DNA of 36,900 nucleotides from Candidatus Eiseniibacteriota bacterium (GTDB lineage Bacteria; Eisenbacteria; RBG-16-71-46; JABDJR01; JAWXBZ01): NCBI GenBank assembly GCA_034440375.1, contig JAWXBZ010000016.1, positions 1 to 36,900 of the forward strand, read 5' to 3'. Shown piece by piece: positions 9,645 to 18,913 of this stretch (position 1 is its first letter; each line of letters starts with the position of its first letter). The notes under the pieces were generated by a model. It saw only the letters and a program-made list of their open reading frames with translations, ran no database searches and was not told where the DNA came from. The position numbers and the translations under genes were made by a program.

Positions 9645-10962
9645 CCTCAAATCGCTCCCCCAGGGAGTCATCGCCCAGCACGCGTCGGAAAATGTCATCG
9701 ATGTGCCGCAGGCCGTGATCGAGATCGAAGCAATCATTCAGACGTCCGGGTTCCAGACGGCTGGCGATTTCCGGATCAGCCTCGGTCAGCGCCCGGAAGG
9801 AGCCGCCGTTCTCCCAGGCCGTGTGAGCGGCCCGTTGTACCAGGAGATACGCGTCCTCCCGAGGAAGGCCCGCCTCCGTCAGTGCAAGCAATACCCGCTG
9901 CGAGTAGACGATCCCGCCGGCCCGGTTCAGGTTTTCGACCATCCGACGCGGGTAAACGATCAGCCCCTGCACAATCCGCGTCATCAGGTGAAGCTGGTAA
10001 TCGACAACAAGAAAGCTATCGGCCAGGATGACCCTTTCAACCGAGGAGTGCGTGATGTCACGCTCGTGCCAGAGGGCCACGTTTTCGAGAGCGCTGACGG
10101 CGTAGCCGCGGAGCAATCGTGCCAGGCCAGCCACGCGCTCGGCGGTGATTGGATTGCGCTTGTGCGGCATGGCGCTCGACCCCTTCTGGCCGACCGCGAA
10201 ATGCTCCTCCGCTTCGAGAATCTCGCTGCGCTGAAGATTGCGCACCTCGGTGGCCATTCGCTCGAGGGAAGCCGACAGGCCAGCCAGGGTCATGACAAGT
10301 GTCGCGTGGCGGTCCCGGGCCGCCACCTGCGTGGACACGGGCTCCGGCGACAGGCCGAGACGATGGCAAACCTCTTCCTCCACGTCGGGCGGCAGATGAC
10401 TGAAAGTGCCGACGGCGCCCGATATCTTTCCCACGGCCACGCCCAGCACCGCCTCGTCGAGCCGGACCAGTTGACGATTCAGTTCGGCGTACCAGCCAAG
10501 GAGTTTCAGACCGAAGGTCGTCGGCTCGGCGATGACGCCATGCGTCCGGCCAACACACGGGAGGCGGCGGAATTCCATGGCCCGCGCCCGGACGACATCG
10601 GAGAGATCACATAGGCCGGTCCGGAGAACCATAGAGGCCCGCCGGAGCGTGAGCCCAAGCGCCGTGTCGATCAGATCACTCGAAGTCATGCCATGGTGCA
10701 GAAAGCGCCCGGGCGGCCCCATCCGTTCGGAGACAGCGCTCAGGAAGGCGATAACATCGTGGTGTGTCGTCTGTTCAATTTCCTCGACGCGGGCCGGGTC
10801 GATCGGGCCGGCCCGCTCGATCGCATCCGCGATTCCAGCCGGCACCAAACCACGCCGTTCAAGGGCCCGGCTGACCGCCGCCTCGACATCAAGCCAGGTC
10901 TGGAACCTTGCCGTTGTCGCGAAGATGCGGCTCATCTCCGGCCTGGAATAGCGCTCGATCAT
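9634..10962 (-). CDS. purB: Adenylosuccinate lyase
   Basis: MIERYSR, HDVIAF, TSSD, GRTHG, SSAMPHKRNP signature, HERDI. Confidence 0.96.
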   Translation of the reverse strand: MIERYSRPEMSRIFATTARFQTWLDVEAAVSRALERRGLVPAGIADAIERAGPIDPARVEEIEQTTHHDVIAFLSAVSERMGPPGRFLHHGMTSSDLIDTALGLTLRRASMVLRTGLCDLSDVVRARAMEFRRLPCVGRTHGVIAEPTTFGLKLLGWYAELNRQLVRLDEAVLGVAVGKISGAVGTFSHLPPDVEEEVCHRLGLSPEPVSTQVAARDRHATLVMTLAGLSASLERMATEVRNLQRSEILEAEEHFAVGQKGSSAMPHKRNPITAERVAGLARLLRGYAVSALENVALWHERDITHSSVERVILADSFLVVDYQLHLMTRIVQGLIVYPRRMVENLNRAGGIVYSQRVLLALTEAGLPREDAYLLVQRAAHTAWENGGSFRALTEADPEIASRLEPGRLNDCFDLDHGLRHIDDIFRRVLGDDSLGERFEDDA

Positions 10963-12158
10963 CGACTTCCGGACCGATCCGGCATGTTTTCCAGGCGAAT
11001 CTGGAAATCCTTCGTTCGCCCGCTCCGCTCCACTCGCATGACCAGGGTGTCCCCGGCCTTGGCGCCGAAAATCTGTCGCCGCGCGGATGGCGCGTCGACG
11101 ACCACGGTGTTACCGATCGCCCGAACGATATCGCCGACTTCCAGGCCGGCCCGGTCGGCCGGGCTCCCTCGCTCCAGCTGCGAAAGGACACAGCCGCGGG
11201 TATCCTGGGTGCCAAGGCGTGCCGCCAGGTACGGGGAGAGCGAGACGACGCTGACCCCGATCCAGACTTCACGCACCCGGCCATGATCGATGATCTCGCG
11301 GGCCACCTGTGCCGCCGTATTGATCGGAATGGCGAAGCCAATTCCGAGGGAACCGCCGCTTTCGGTGAAGATGAACGTGTTGACACCGATCACCTCGCCG
11401 CGGGAATTGACCAGTGCCCCTCCGGAATTGCCCCGGTTGATCGCCGCGTCCGTCTGGATCATGTTCTTGTAGATGCCACCATCGGCCACGTTCACGTTGA
11501 TGTCGCGGTTGGTGGCGCTGATGACACCGACCGTGACCGTCGGTCGACTGTCCCCCAGAAGATGCCCGAAGGGGTTGCCGATGGCGATGGCCCATTCACC
11601 GACCAGAAGGTCATCCGAATTGCCGATGGTGACGGCGGGCAAATTCTTTCCTTCCACCTTGATGACGGCCAGATCGTAGGCCAGATCGAAGCCGAGAACC
11701 TTGCCGGTCAACTGACGCCCGTCGGCCAGGGTCACCTGAATTTCCTCGGTGCCGGCCACGACATGTGCGTTGGTCAGGACGTGCCCGTTCCGATCCAGGA
11801 TGAAACCGCTGCCGAACTTGGGCACATCCTCACGGTAGGTCTGCCCGGGCACACCGCCGAAGAACTGCGAATAGGCATCCTCGAATCCGCGTGGGATCGG
11901 TGAGACGCTGAAGGTGCGGCTCTCGACCGCGGTGATGGACACCACACCCTGGCCGGCCAGTTCGGCGGCCGTGACGATGGCGTTGCGCCGGCTGTCGCCA
12001 ATCGGATCGATGGTTCCGGCCGGGCGTCCGGAGCCGGGCGATGGGATGCGCGGGGCGCCGAGGCGATCGGCCACCAGCAGCGTGACGGCCGCTCCGACAA
12101 GCGCCATGACGATGCCTCGAAGCCAGAATACGGCGCTCCGACTCATCAATCGTTCCAT
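10959..12158 (-). CDS. htrA: HtrA/DegP-family serine protease with N-terminal anchor and one PDZ domain
   Basis: GSGFI, TNAHVV, DLAVIK, IQTDAAINRGNSGG, GSPADRAGL PDZ; start uncertain (12179 GTG, 12158 or 12146). Confidence 0.9.
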   Translation of the reverse strand: MERLMSRSAVFWLRGIVMALVGAAVTLLVADRLGAPRIPSPGSGRPAGTIDPIGDSRRNAIVTAAELAGQGVVSITAVESRTFSVSPIPRGFEDAYSQFFGGVPGQTYREDVPKFGSGFILDRNGHVLTNAHVVAGTEEIQVTLADGRQLTGKVLGFDLAYDLAVIKVEGKNLPAVTIGNSDDLLVGEWAIAIGNPFGHLLGDSRPTVTVGVISATNRDINVNVADGGIYKNMIQTDAAINRGNSGGALVNSRGEVIGVNTFIFTESGGSLGIGFAIPINTAAQVAREIIDHGRVREVWIGVSVVSLSPYLAARLGTQDTRGCVLSQLERGSPADRAGLEVGDIVRAIGNTVVVDAPSARRQIFGAKAGDTLVMRVERSGRTKDFQIRLENMPDRSGSR

Positions 12159-12175
12159 CGGGCGACGGGTGGCGC

Positions 12176-12820
12176 TCACCGCCCCGATTTCTTCCAATCG
12201 GCCAGGAATTTTTCAAGGCCGCTGTCCGTCAACGGGTGCCGGATCATCTGCATCAGAATCTTGTGCGGCACGGTGCAGACATCGGCACCGATCATGGCCG
12301 CTTGCAGGATATGCACGGGATGGCGGACGCTGGCCACCAGCACCTCAGTCGGAAAATTGTAATTGTCGAAGATCTGGACCGTCTGTTCGATGACGCCCAT
12401 TCCCTCCTGCGAGATGTCATCCAGCCGCCCGATGAATGGAGAGACAAACGTGGCGCCCGCCCGGGCACACAGGAGTGCCTGAAGCGGTGAAAAAATCAGG
12501 GTCATGTTGACGCGAATGTCATCGGCCACCAGGCGGCGGCAGGCCTTGAGCCCGTCCGGGGTGGTGGGGAGCTTGACGACGATATTGTCGTGCAGCGAGG
12601 CGTAGTGATCCCCTTCGGTGAGCATCCCCTCCACGTCGAGCGCCGTCACCTCGGCCGAAATCGGGCCGTCGACGAGCGCGCAGATCTCCCGGAGCAGATC
12701 GTCGTAACTTCCCTTTTCCTTCGCGACAAGCGACGGGTTGGTCGTGACGCCGTCGATGATGCCGAGTTCGGCCAGTTCGCGAATTTCCTCGATGTTGGCC
12801 GTGTCGACGAAAAATTTCAT
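12176..12820 (-). CDS. tal: Small transaldolase (TalC/FSA family)
   Basis: [17 protein letters not shown] Schiff-base Lys; Glu in SAEV and Phe in SPFIGR favour transaldolase over F6P aldolase. Confidence 0.9.
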   Translation of the reverse strand: MKFFVDTANIEEIRELAELGIIDGVTTNPSLVAKEKGSYDDLLREICALVDGPISAEVTALDVEGMLTEGDHYASLHDNIVVKLPTTPDGLKACRRLVADDIRVNMTLIFSPLQALLCARAGATFVSPFIGRLDDISQEGMGVIEQTVQIFDNYNFPTEVLVASVRHPVHILQAAMIGADVCTVPHKILMQMIRHPLTDSGLEKFLADWKKSGR

Positions 12821-12839
12821 GGAATGACCCTCCTCGTCC

Positions 12840-13610
12840 TCATTCTAACCCGGTCGTCTCGGCGTAGTCGACCCCGGCAAGGAAGAGGCCGCACGCTGGT
12901 GCGGGTGCCACCGGCGGACGAGTGGCGTCCTCGGTCACGAGCCGCGCCATGATCCCGGGCTCAAGGCATCCCCGCCGGTGGGCATCCACGAGAACAGCCA
13001 CCAGGAGGCGCACCATCCGGTACAGGAAACGATCGGCCGTGAGAACCAGGATCAACCGTCCCTCCTGCTCGCGCCAGAGCGCACGGTCGATCCGGCAGCG
13101 AGTGTTGCCGAGGGCTCCCTCCCCCTGCGTGAACGCATGAAAGGAGTGAAGGCCCAGCCAGGGCGCCATGGCGGCGTTCAGGGAGGCCGGATCGGGTGCC
13201 TCGGGCAGGACCCAGGCGTATCGGCGACGAAACGGGCCCGGCCGCGTGACAATTCGATAGCGATACGTGCGACGTATCGCGGAAAATCGGGCATGGAAAT
13301 CGGTTGGCACATCGATGACGCGCGCGACATGGACATCCGCCGGGAGGAGTGCATTCAGGGCCCGGGCCAGTCCGGCCGCCGGAATGACCCGATCGGTACT
13401 CACGCTGGCCACCTGCCTGGTCGCATGAACGCCGGTGTCGGTTCGCCCCGCACCGATCACTTGAACCGGCTCGTCGAAAACGCGCGTCAGTGCGCGGACC
13501 AACTCCCCCTGCACGGTTCGGACATTGGGCTGGATCTGCCATCCGAAGAAATCGGTGCCGTCGTAGGACAGGTCAATCCGAAAATTTCGCCCGTTCGCGG
13601 CGACGCTCAT
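12840..13610 (-). CDS. truA: tRNA pseudouridine(38-40) synthase
   Basis: [36 protein letters not shown]. Confidence 0.95.
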   Translation of the reverse strand: MSVAANGRNFRIDLSYDGTDFFGWQIQPNVRTVQGELVRALTRVFDEPVQVIGAGRTDTGVHATRQVASVSTDRVIPAAGLARALNALLPADVHVARVIDVPTDFHARFSAIRRTYRYRIVTRPGPFRRRYAWVLPEAPDPASLNAAMAPWLGLHSFHAFTQGEGALGNTRCRIDRALWREQEGRLILVLTADRFLYRMVRLLVAVLVDAHRRGCLEPGIMARLVTEDATRPPVAPAPACGLFLAGVDYAETTGLE

Positions 13611-13625
13611 CGATCCATCGTTCCG

Positions 13626-15173
13626 TTACTCACCTCGCCCACGTCGCGCCAGGATCGCACCGACAACGGCCAGTCCGAGGCCAGCCACGAGGATCCAGTC
13701 GCCGTATCGGACGTAGAACGTCGGGACCTTCGGTGCCAGCACGACCTCGCCGACAACAAGCGCGGGCTCGAACAGTGGCGAGGCATTCCGGATGCGTCCC
13801 ACCGGATCAATGATGCAGGAGACTCCGGTATTGGCGGCCCGGGCCATGCCGGCACGCGTCTCGATCGAGCGGAAGACCGCCAGCGACAAATGTTGCCAGG
13901 GGGCACCGCTGTCTCCGAACCACTGGTCATTGGTCACGTTGACCAGAAACCGGGCGCCGGACGCCACCAGCTTCCGGCTCTGGGCCGGAAAGATCGATTC
14001 GATGCAGATCAGTGCGCCGAACGGTTCCTTCCAGCCGCGGAAGACGTGGAGCGATTCAGCCGGCGTGAAGTTCGACTGACCGAAGTTGACCCGGTTGAGG
14101 CCGGGAAGTGGCATCCACTCGGCGAAGGGAACGAGGCGCGCCTTGGGCGCGTACTCAACCAGTCCCTCGTCGGGCAGGAAGAGGCCCGCGGAATTGTAGT
14201 AGCGCAACCGAGAGGCACCACCTTCCCGGGATGGTCCATCGCGCTCCTGGTCTGGAAAACCGGTGAACAGTGCCCGCCCGGTCGTCTGGCCGACGCTCCG
14301 GACCAGGGCCAGATTCGGCGGATCGAAACGGAGGAGCGTCGGGGTGGCGGTTTCCGGCCAGACCAGGAGCGTCGACTCGTTCGTGACACGGGCGGCCGCG
14401 AGGGAGGCCTGAACCAGACCGGTGATGATCTCGGTTCGCCTGGCCCCATCCCACTTGTCATAACCGGTGTTCGGCTGGATCAGTGCGACGGAGACCGTCG
14501 GAAGAGTCGACAACGCAGCGTCGATGCGCGCCCGTTCGCCACGCCCGTGGAGCCAGGGCACGACGATCAGGAGAAGGCCGGCCGCCAGCCAGAACATACG
14601 GCGCGGACCCCGGTCCAGGAGTGCCGCCACCAGGGTGCCATTGATCGCCACGATGACGAAGGAGAGGAGATGCACGCCGCCCAGGCTGGCCATCTGGATC
14701 CAGTCGAGCGCGGCCCACTGACTCCCGCCGACGACGCCCCAGGGGAAGCCGAGGACAAAGGAACAGCGCAGGATCTCGAGCAGGACCCACAGGCCCGGTG
14801 CTGAGAGGACCAGGGATACGGGACGGCCACGTGCCAGGAACGCCACTCCGCCGGCCCACACGCCGACATAGAGCGCCGAATAGGCCGCCGCCAGGACCAG
14901 CGCCGGATAGAGGAGCATCGGCACCGTGACATTTTCGGGTGGCAGGCGGGGAATCCACTGGAGCAGGATTAGAAAGAAAACGAAGCCGAAGAGCCAGCCA
15001 AGTCGAAAGGCGCTGCCCGTCGAACGGCGTGTTTCGGCCAGGGCAAGGAGAATCGGCACGAATGAGGCGAACGCCAGCGGGGCCATATTGAACGTGGGAT
15101 ACGTCGTGGCCAGGAGCACCCCGGAAAGAGTCGCCAGAAACCACGCCGGCAGGCGCTTCACTTTTCCTCGCAT
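13626..15173 (-). CDS. lnt: Apolipoprotein N-acyltransferase
   Basis: Multi-TM N-terminus, GFPW, WPET, K..LVPFAE, ICIES, TNDQWFG, RAANTGVS. Confidence 0.94.
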   Translation of the reverse strand: MRGKVKRLPAWFLATLSGVLLATTYPTFNMAPLAFASFVPILLALAETRRSTGSAFRLGWLFGFVFFLILLQWIPRLPPENVTVPMLLYPALVLAAAYSALYVGVWAGGVAFLARGRPVSLVLSAPGLWVLLEILRCSFVLGFPWGVVGGSQWAALDWIQMASLGGVHLLSFVIVAINGTLVAALLDRGPRRMFWLAAGLLLIVVPWLHGRGERARIDAALSTLPTVSVALIQPNTGYDKWDGARRTEIITGLVQASLAAARVTNESTLLVWPETATPTLLRFDPPNLALVRSVGQTTGRALFTGFPDQERDGPSREGGASRLRYYNSAGLFLPDEGLVEYAPKARLVPFAEWMPLPGLNRVNFGQSNFTPAESLHVFRGWKEPFGALICIESIFPAQSRKLVASGARFLVNVTNDQWFGDSGAPWQHLSLAVFRSIETRAGMARAANTGVSCIIDPVGRIRNASPLFEPALVVGEVVLAPKVPTFYVRYGDWILVAGLGLAVVGAILARRGRGE

Positions 15174-15182
15174 GGAATGGGC

Positions 15183-16199
15183 CTACGCGAGCTTCACCTC
15201 GCGACCCGATTCCGCCGACTTGTAGATGGCTTCCAGCACCTTGAGCACGGTCACCGCCTCGCTCCCCGGCGCGGCCGGCTTCCGGCCACTCCGAACGCAG
15301 TCGATGAAGTGGGCAATCTCGGCCTCGTACGACAGTTTGTAGACGTTGCGGATTGATTCGGTGGCCGGCGTCACGTTGACGAGACTTCCGTGCATCTCCT
15401 TGTGCAGACGGAACGGATTGAGAAGTGCCGCCCCGTGCTCACCGAAGAGGTTGACGTAGGCGAAGTCCTTTTCCATGAGGAGCGACCAACCAACCTCGAG
15501 CGTCAGCGTGGCCCCTCCCGCCAGCCGGATAAATGCCGCCGCACTTGATTCCACGTCGTCAATTTCGGGACGGCGGGCCGTCGAGGCGCTGACCGTTTCG
15601 ACCTCGGGCATGCCAAGGATCCAGAGGGAGAGATCGAGCATCTGCACGCCGAGATCGATCAGGACACCACCACCGGCGAACCGTTTCTGGGCCTTCCACG
15701 ACTTCTCATCCCACGAAGCGTGCTTGATCAGCCAGCCGGTTTTGGCATAGAAGATCCGGCCGACTTCCTTCTTGTCGACGAACGTCTTGAGCAGCTGGGC
15801 GTCATTACGGAAGCGATTGTTGAAGGCCGCCATCAGGACCCTGCCGTTCTTCTCGGCGGCGGCCACCATGCGGCCAGCCTCCTGCGGACTCCGGCTGAAC
15901 GGCTTCTCGCACAGCACATGCTTGCCGGAATTGAGCGCCCCGATCGTCATCGGCGCATGGAGATGGTTCGGAACGCAGACATCGACGGCGTCGATGTCGT
16001 CACGGGCAAAGATCTCGTCATGGTCGGGCGTGGCCGTGGGGATGCCGAATCGGGCGGCCACTCGCTTGGCCTTTTCAATATCGACGTCGCAAACAGCCAC
16101 CACCTCGGCCGTATCGAGCCGGGAGTAAGCCGGAATATGATTGATCTGTGCCACCGCACCCGCGCCGATGACCGCCACGCGGATTTTCTTTCGGGCCAT
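15183..16199 (-). CDS. Gfo/Idh/MocA family NAD(P)-dependent oxidoreductase
   Basis: IGAGAVA Rossmann motif, GKHVLCEKP, GGGVLIDLGVQMLD. Confidence 0.9.
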   Translation of the reverse strand: MARKKIRVAVIGAGAVAQINHIPAYSRLDTAEVVAVCDVDIEKAKRVAARFGIPTATPDHDEIFARDDIDAVDVCVPNHLHAPMTIGALNSGKHVLCEKPFSRSPQEAGRMVAAAEKNGRVLMAAFNNRFRNDAQLLKTFVDKKEVGRIFYAKTGWLIKHASWDEKSWKAQKRFAGGGVLIDLGVQMLDLSLWILGMPEVETVSASTARRPEIDDVESSAAAFIRLAGGATLTLEVGWSLLMEKDFAYVNLFGEHGAALLNPFRLHKEMHGSLVNVTPATESIRNVYKLSYEAEIAHFIDCVRSGRKPAAPGSEAVTVLKVLEAIYKSAESGREVKLA

Positions 16200-16228
16200 G
16201 AGAACTCCTCGATTCGAATGAAGATTCG

Positions 16229-17251
16229 TCAGTCGAGTCGGACCCGACCGGTTCCGGGAACGAGCGGTCCCAGCGGGAATGCCGATTCGCCGAGGCCGGT
16301 CAGTCGAGCGAGTGCGCCGGCCTCGTTCGCAGCGTCAACCGCCAGGACAAGACCAACGCCCATGTTGAAAGTGCGGAACATTTCCGCTCCCTCCACCGGA
16401 CCGGCGGCCTCGATGATACGGAAAAGTGGCGGTATCGACCAGCCGCGGCGCTCGATGACCGCATCCACCCCCGGAGGAAGGATGCGGGCGAGGTTCCCCT
16501 CGATGCCACCGCCGGTGATGTGGGCCGCTCCCTTGAGCACGCCTCCCTCCATCAGTGCATGAAGCGCCGGCGCATAGCAGCGATGTGGCACGAGCAACGC
16601 CTCGAGCAGACTCGTGCCTTCCAGTTCCATGGGGCGATCCAGGGGGCGGTGTTGCCCCGAATCGAACAGAGCCCGGCGCGCCAGCGAGTAGCCGTTGGTG
16701 TGGAGCCCGTCGGAGGCAAGGCCGATCAGTCGATCACCGGGAATGAGATTCCGGCCATCGATGAACCGCTCGCGGGCCACGACCCCGACGATGGCCCCAA
16801 CCAGATCGTAGTGACCTTCCTGGTACAGGCCGGGCATTTCGGCCGTCTCGCCGCCGAGCAGCGCGGCCCCCTGGGCGGCGCAGGCGGCGGCCATGCCGGC
16901 CACCATCCTCACGGCACGCTCCGGCTCGAGCCGGCCGGCGCCGATGTAATCGAGAAAGAGGAGCGGCGTGGCACCGTGCACGGCAATGTCGTTGACGCAG
17001 TGGTGAACCAGGTCGCGCCCGATGTCATCCAGGCGGTCGTGTTCGGTGGCCAGGAGCAGCTTCGTGCCGACCCCATCGATCGAGGCCACCAGCAGCGTGT
17101 CCGGCCCGGCCGGATGAATCCGAATGACACCGCCGAAACTGCCCAGCTCGGTCAGGACATCCGGACCAAAGGTAGTCCGGACGAACGGCTTGATCAGGCG
17201 AACGAAGGTTTCGCCCGCATCGATGTCAACACCAGCCTCGCGGTACTTCAT
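16229..17251 (-). CDS. purM: AIR synthetase (phosphoribosylformylglycinamidine cyclo-ligase)
   Basis: YREAGVDI, DGVGTK, GGETAEMPG, GLHTNGYSL, HITGGG, TFNMGVG. Confidence 0.96.
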   Translation of the reverse strand: MKYREAGVDIDAGETFVRLIKPFVRTTFGPDVLTELGSFGGVIRIHPAGPDTLLVASIDGVGTKLLLATEHDRLDDIGRDLVHHCVNDIAVHGATPLLFLDYIGAGRLEPERAVRMVAGMAAACAAQGAALLGGETAEMPGLYQEGHYDLVGAIVGVVARERFIDGRNLIPGDRLIGLASDGLHTNGYSLARRALFDSGQHRPLDRPMELEGTSLLEALLVPHRCYAPALHALMEGGVLKGAAHITGGGIEGNLARILPPGVDAVIERRGWSIPPLFRIIEAAGPVEGAEMFRTFNMGVGLVLAVDAANEAGALARLTGLGESAFPLGPLVPGTGRVRLD

Positions 17252-17281
17252 CGACCGGCCCTGTCGGAAGCGTGGTCCATG

Positions 17282-18643
17282 TCAGCGAATCGGTTCAAGC
17301 GTCGGCTGGACTGATGCCGGGTCGACGGCCGGATCCGTGCCGGAAGCGAGGCGCGCCTCCGGTTCCTGGCGCCGGCCCGTGGATCCCGGACGAATATCCC
17401 CCGAATGCACCAACCGCTCAAGGCAGCTGACAACGGCCGGATCGAAGTGACGGCCGGCCTCCTCGCGCAGAATCAACAGGGCCTTCTCCAACGGCATCGC
17501 CGGTCGGTAGACCCGGTCGGTGGTCATCGCGTCAAAGGCATCGGCCACCGCCACGATGCGGGCGCCCATCGGGATTTCCTTGCCTGCGAGCCCGCGCGGG
17601 TAACCGGTGCCGTCGAGCTTTTCGTGGTGGGCCATGACAATCTCGCTGGTGGTCTTGAGCGAGCGGAGCCGCGCCGCCATCGCGGCGCCAAATTCCGCAT
17701 GGCTGGCCATGTGGCGCCGTTCGTCCTCAGTGAGCGAGGAGGGGCGCAGCAACAGTTCCCGATGCTCCTTCTTGATCTTTCCCAGATCGTGCAGAAGCGC
17801 GGCGAATTCGATCGTTTCGACTTCCTGCTCCGGAAGATCGAGTTCGCGGGCCAACAGCACGGCATAGTGAGCCACCCGTTGCGTGTGACGGTGAGTGTAT
17901 GGATCGACCTCATCGATGACTCCGGACAGTACGCCGACGAAATCGATGATGTCGCGCCGGGCCTCGGTGTAAAGGCGAAAGGCATAGCTGGCCAGCAGGA
18001 GCGGGGTGACGAAGAGGAAGACGCCGCCGACACCCAGCGCGTGATAGAGCGCGGCCAGGGCCACACCGACCACGACGGCCGCCACCATATGACTCGCCGT
18101 CCAGCGGAAGTTGACCCGCCAGATCGCCCAGAGTCGCTTCCCCTGCGAGAGTGCAAGGATCAACGAGACAGCCGACGTGTTGACCAGGAAGTAGGTGAAA
18201 CCAAGGAGCAGCAATGCCGGACCATGCATGACCAGGTTGGGCGTTACGCCAATCGGGCCGCCGGCCATCTGGTAGACCCGGCCGGCCACCAGGATGGTCA
18301 GGGCGAAGACGGAGGCATTGAAAAGTGTTTTCTTCATCGGCTTCTTCTGGATCAGCCCATGGAGAATCAGCGTGTTCAACACCTCAACCCAGGCCGTCGC
18401 CACCGGTCCGAAGATCAGGATGCCGGCATAATCAAGCGTGGAGGCCACGGTGATATAGCCACCGTTGGGAAGATGGACCGGATTGGCGTCGGTCAGAATG
18501 GTGAGCAGGAGCCAGAGGAGCAGGATTGGTGTAAACGACGCGCCAAGTGACGGCGTGGCGAGGAGCAGGAGGCCGAAGCCGAGCCCGATGATGAGGAGAT
18601 AGAAGGCGGCGAAGGCGCCGCCCGGGTTACGGCTGACGCTCAT
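17282..18643 (-). CDS. Multi-TM membrane HD-GYP cyclic-dinucleotide phosphodiesterase
   Basis: About 225-aa hydrophobic N-terminal domain, then DPYT..H..RV, LLHDLGK, HHEKLDGTGYP, VADAFDAMTTDRVYR, FDP. Confidence 0.92.
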   Translation of the reverse strand: MSVSRNPGGAFAAFYLLIIGLGFGLLLLATPSLGASFTPILLLWLLLTILTDANPVHLPNGGYITVASTLDYAGILIFGPVATAWVEVLNTLILHGLIQKKPMKKTLFNASVFALTILVAGRVYQMAGGPIGVTPNLVMHGPALLLLGFTYFLVNTSAVSLILALSQGKRLWAIWRVNFRWTASHMVAAVVVGVALAALYHALGVGGVFLFVTPLLLASYAFRLYTEARRDIIDFVGVLSGVIDEVDPYTHRHTQRVAHYAVLLARELDLPEQEVETIEFAALLHDLGKIKKEHRELLLRPSSLTEDERRHMASHAEFGAAMAARLRSLKTTSEIVMAHHEKLDGTGYPRGLAGKEIPMGARIVAVADAFDAMTTDRVYRPAMPLEKALLILREEAGRHFDPAVVSCLERLVHSGDIRPGSTGRRQEPEARLASGTDPAVDPASVQPTLEPIR

Positions 18644-18665
18644 GTTCCGCTTCCGGGGTCGGACG

Positions 18666-18687
18666 CGGCGGCCAGGATCGGCCGCCG
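18666..18687. other. GC-rich stem-loop between the peptide ORF and the HD-GYP gene
   Basis: CGGCGGCC-aggatc-GGCCGCCG, 8-bp perfect stem; no U-tract, so not a classic intrinsic terminator. Confidence 0.45.
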
Positions 18688-18725
18688 GCGGGAAGAATAA
18701 GTGACCGACATCGTCGAGGGAATTG

Positions 18726-18797
18726 TTACCAGCCGGCTTTACCCGGCAGCACGCTGAGCGTAACGCTCAGCACCAGAGCGAGCCATCCCCATTTCAT
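18726..18797 (-). CDS. Small hydrophobic peptide, 23 aa: MKWGWLALVLSVTLSVLPGKAGW (below the ORF-track cutoff)
   Basis: ATG at 18797 preceded by SD-like GGAAAGGTGGG; TAA at 18728-18726; basic N-terminus, uninterrupted hydrophobic core, GKAGW end; lies in an otherwise unexplained 270-bp gap of a tightly packed region. Confidence 0.75.
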   Translation of the reverse strand: MKWGWLALVLSVTLSVLPGKAGW

Positions 18798-18913
18798 CGT
18801 GGGAACCCACCTTTCCGTACCTGAGAAACTTGTTGAATGCCAGGACGATGGGTTCGCTTCGCTCGAAAAATCTGTAACGCTTCGCTGTCCCTCGGATCGA
18901 TGCCGGTCGACAT

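Noticed and set aside
18798-18913. Possible c-di-GMP riboswitch upstream of the peptide/HD-GYP genes
   Set aside because: No class I (GCAAA/GNRA-receptor) or class II core is recognisable by eye.
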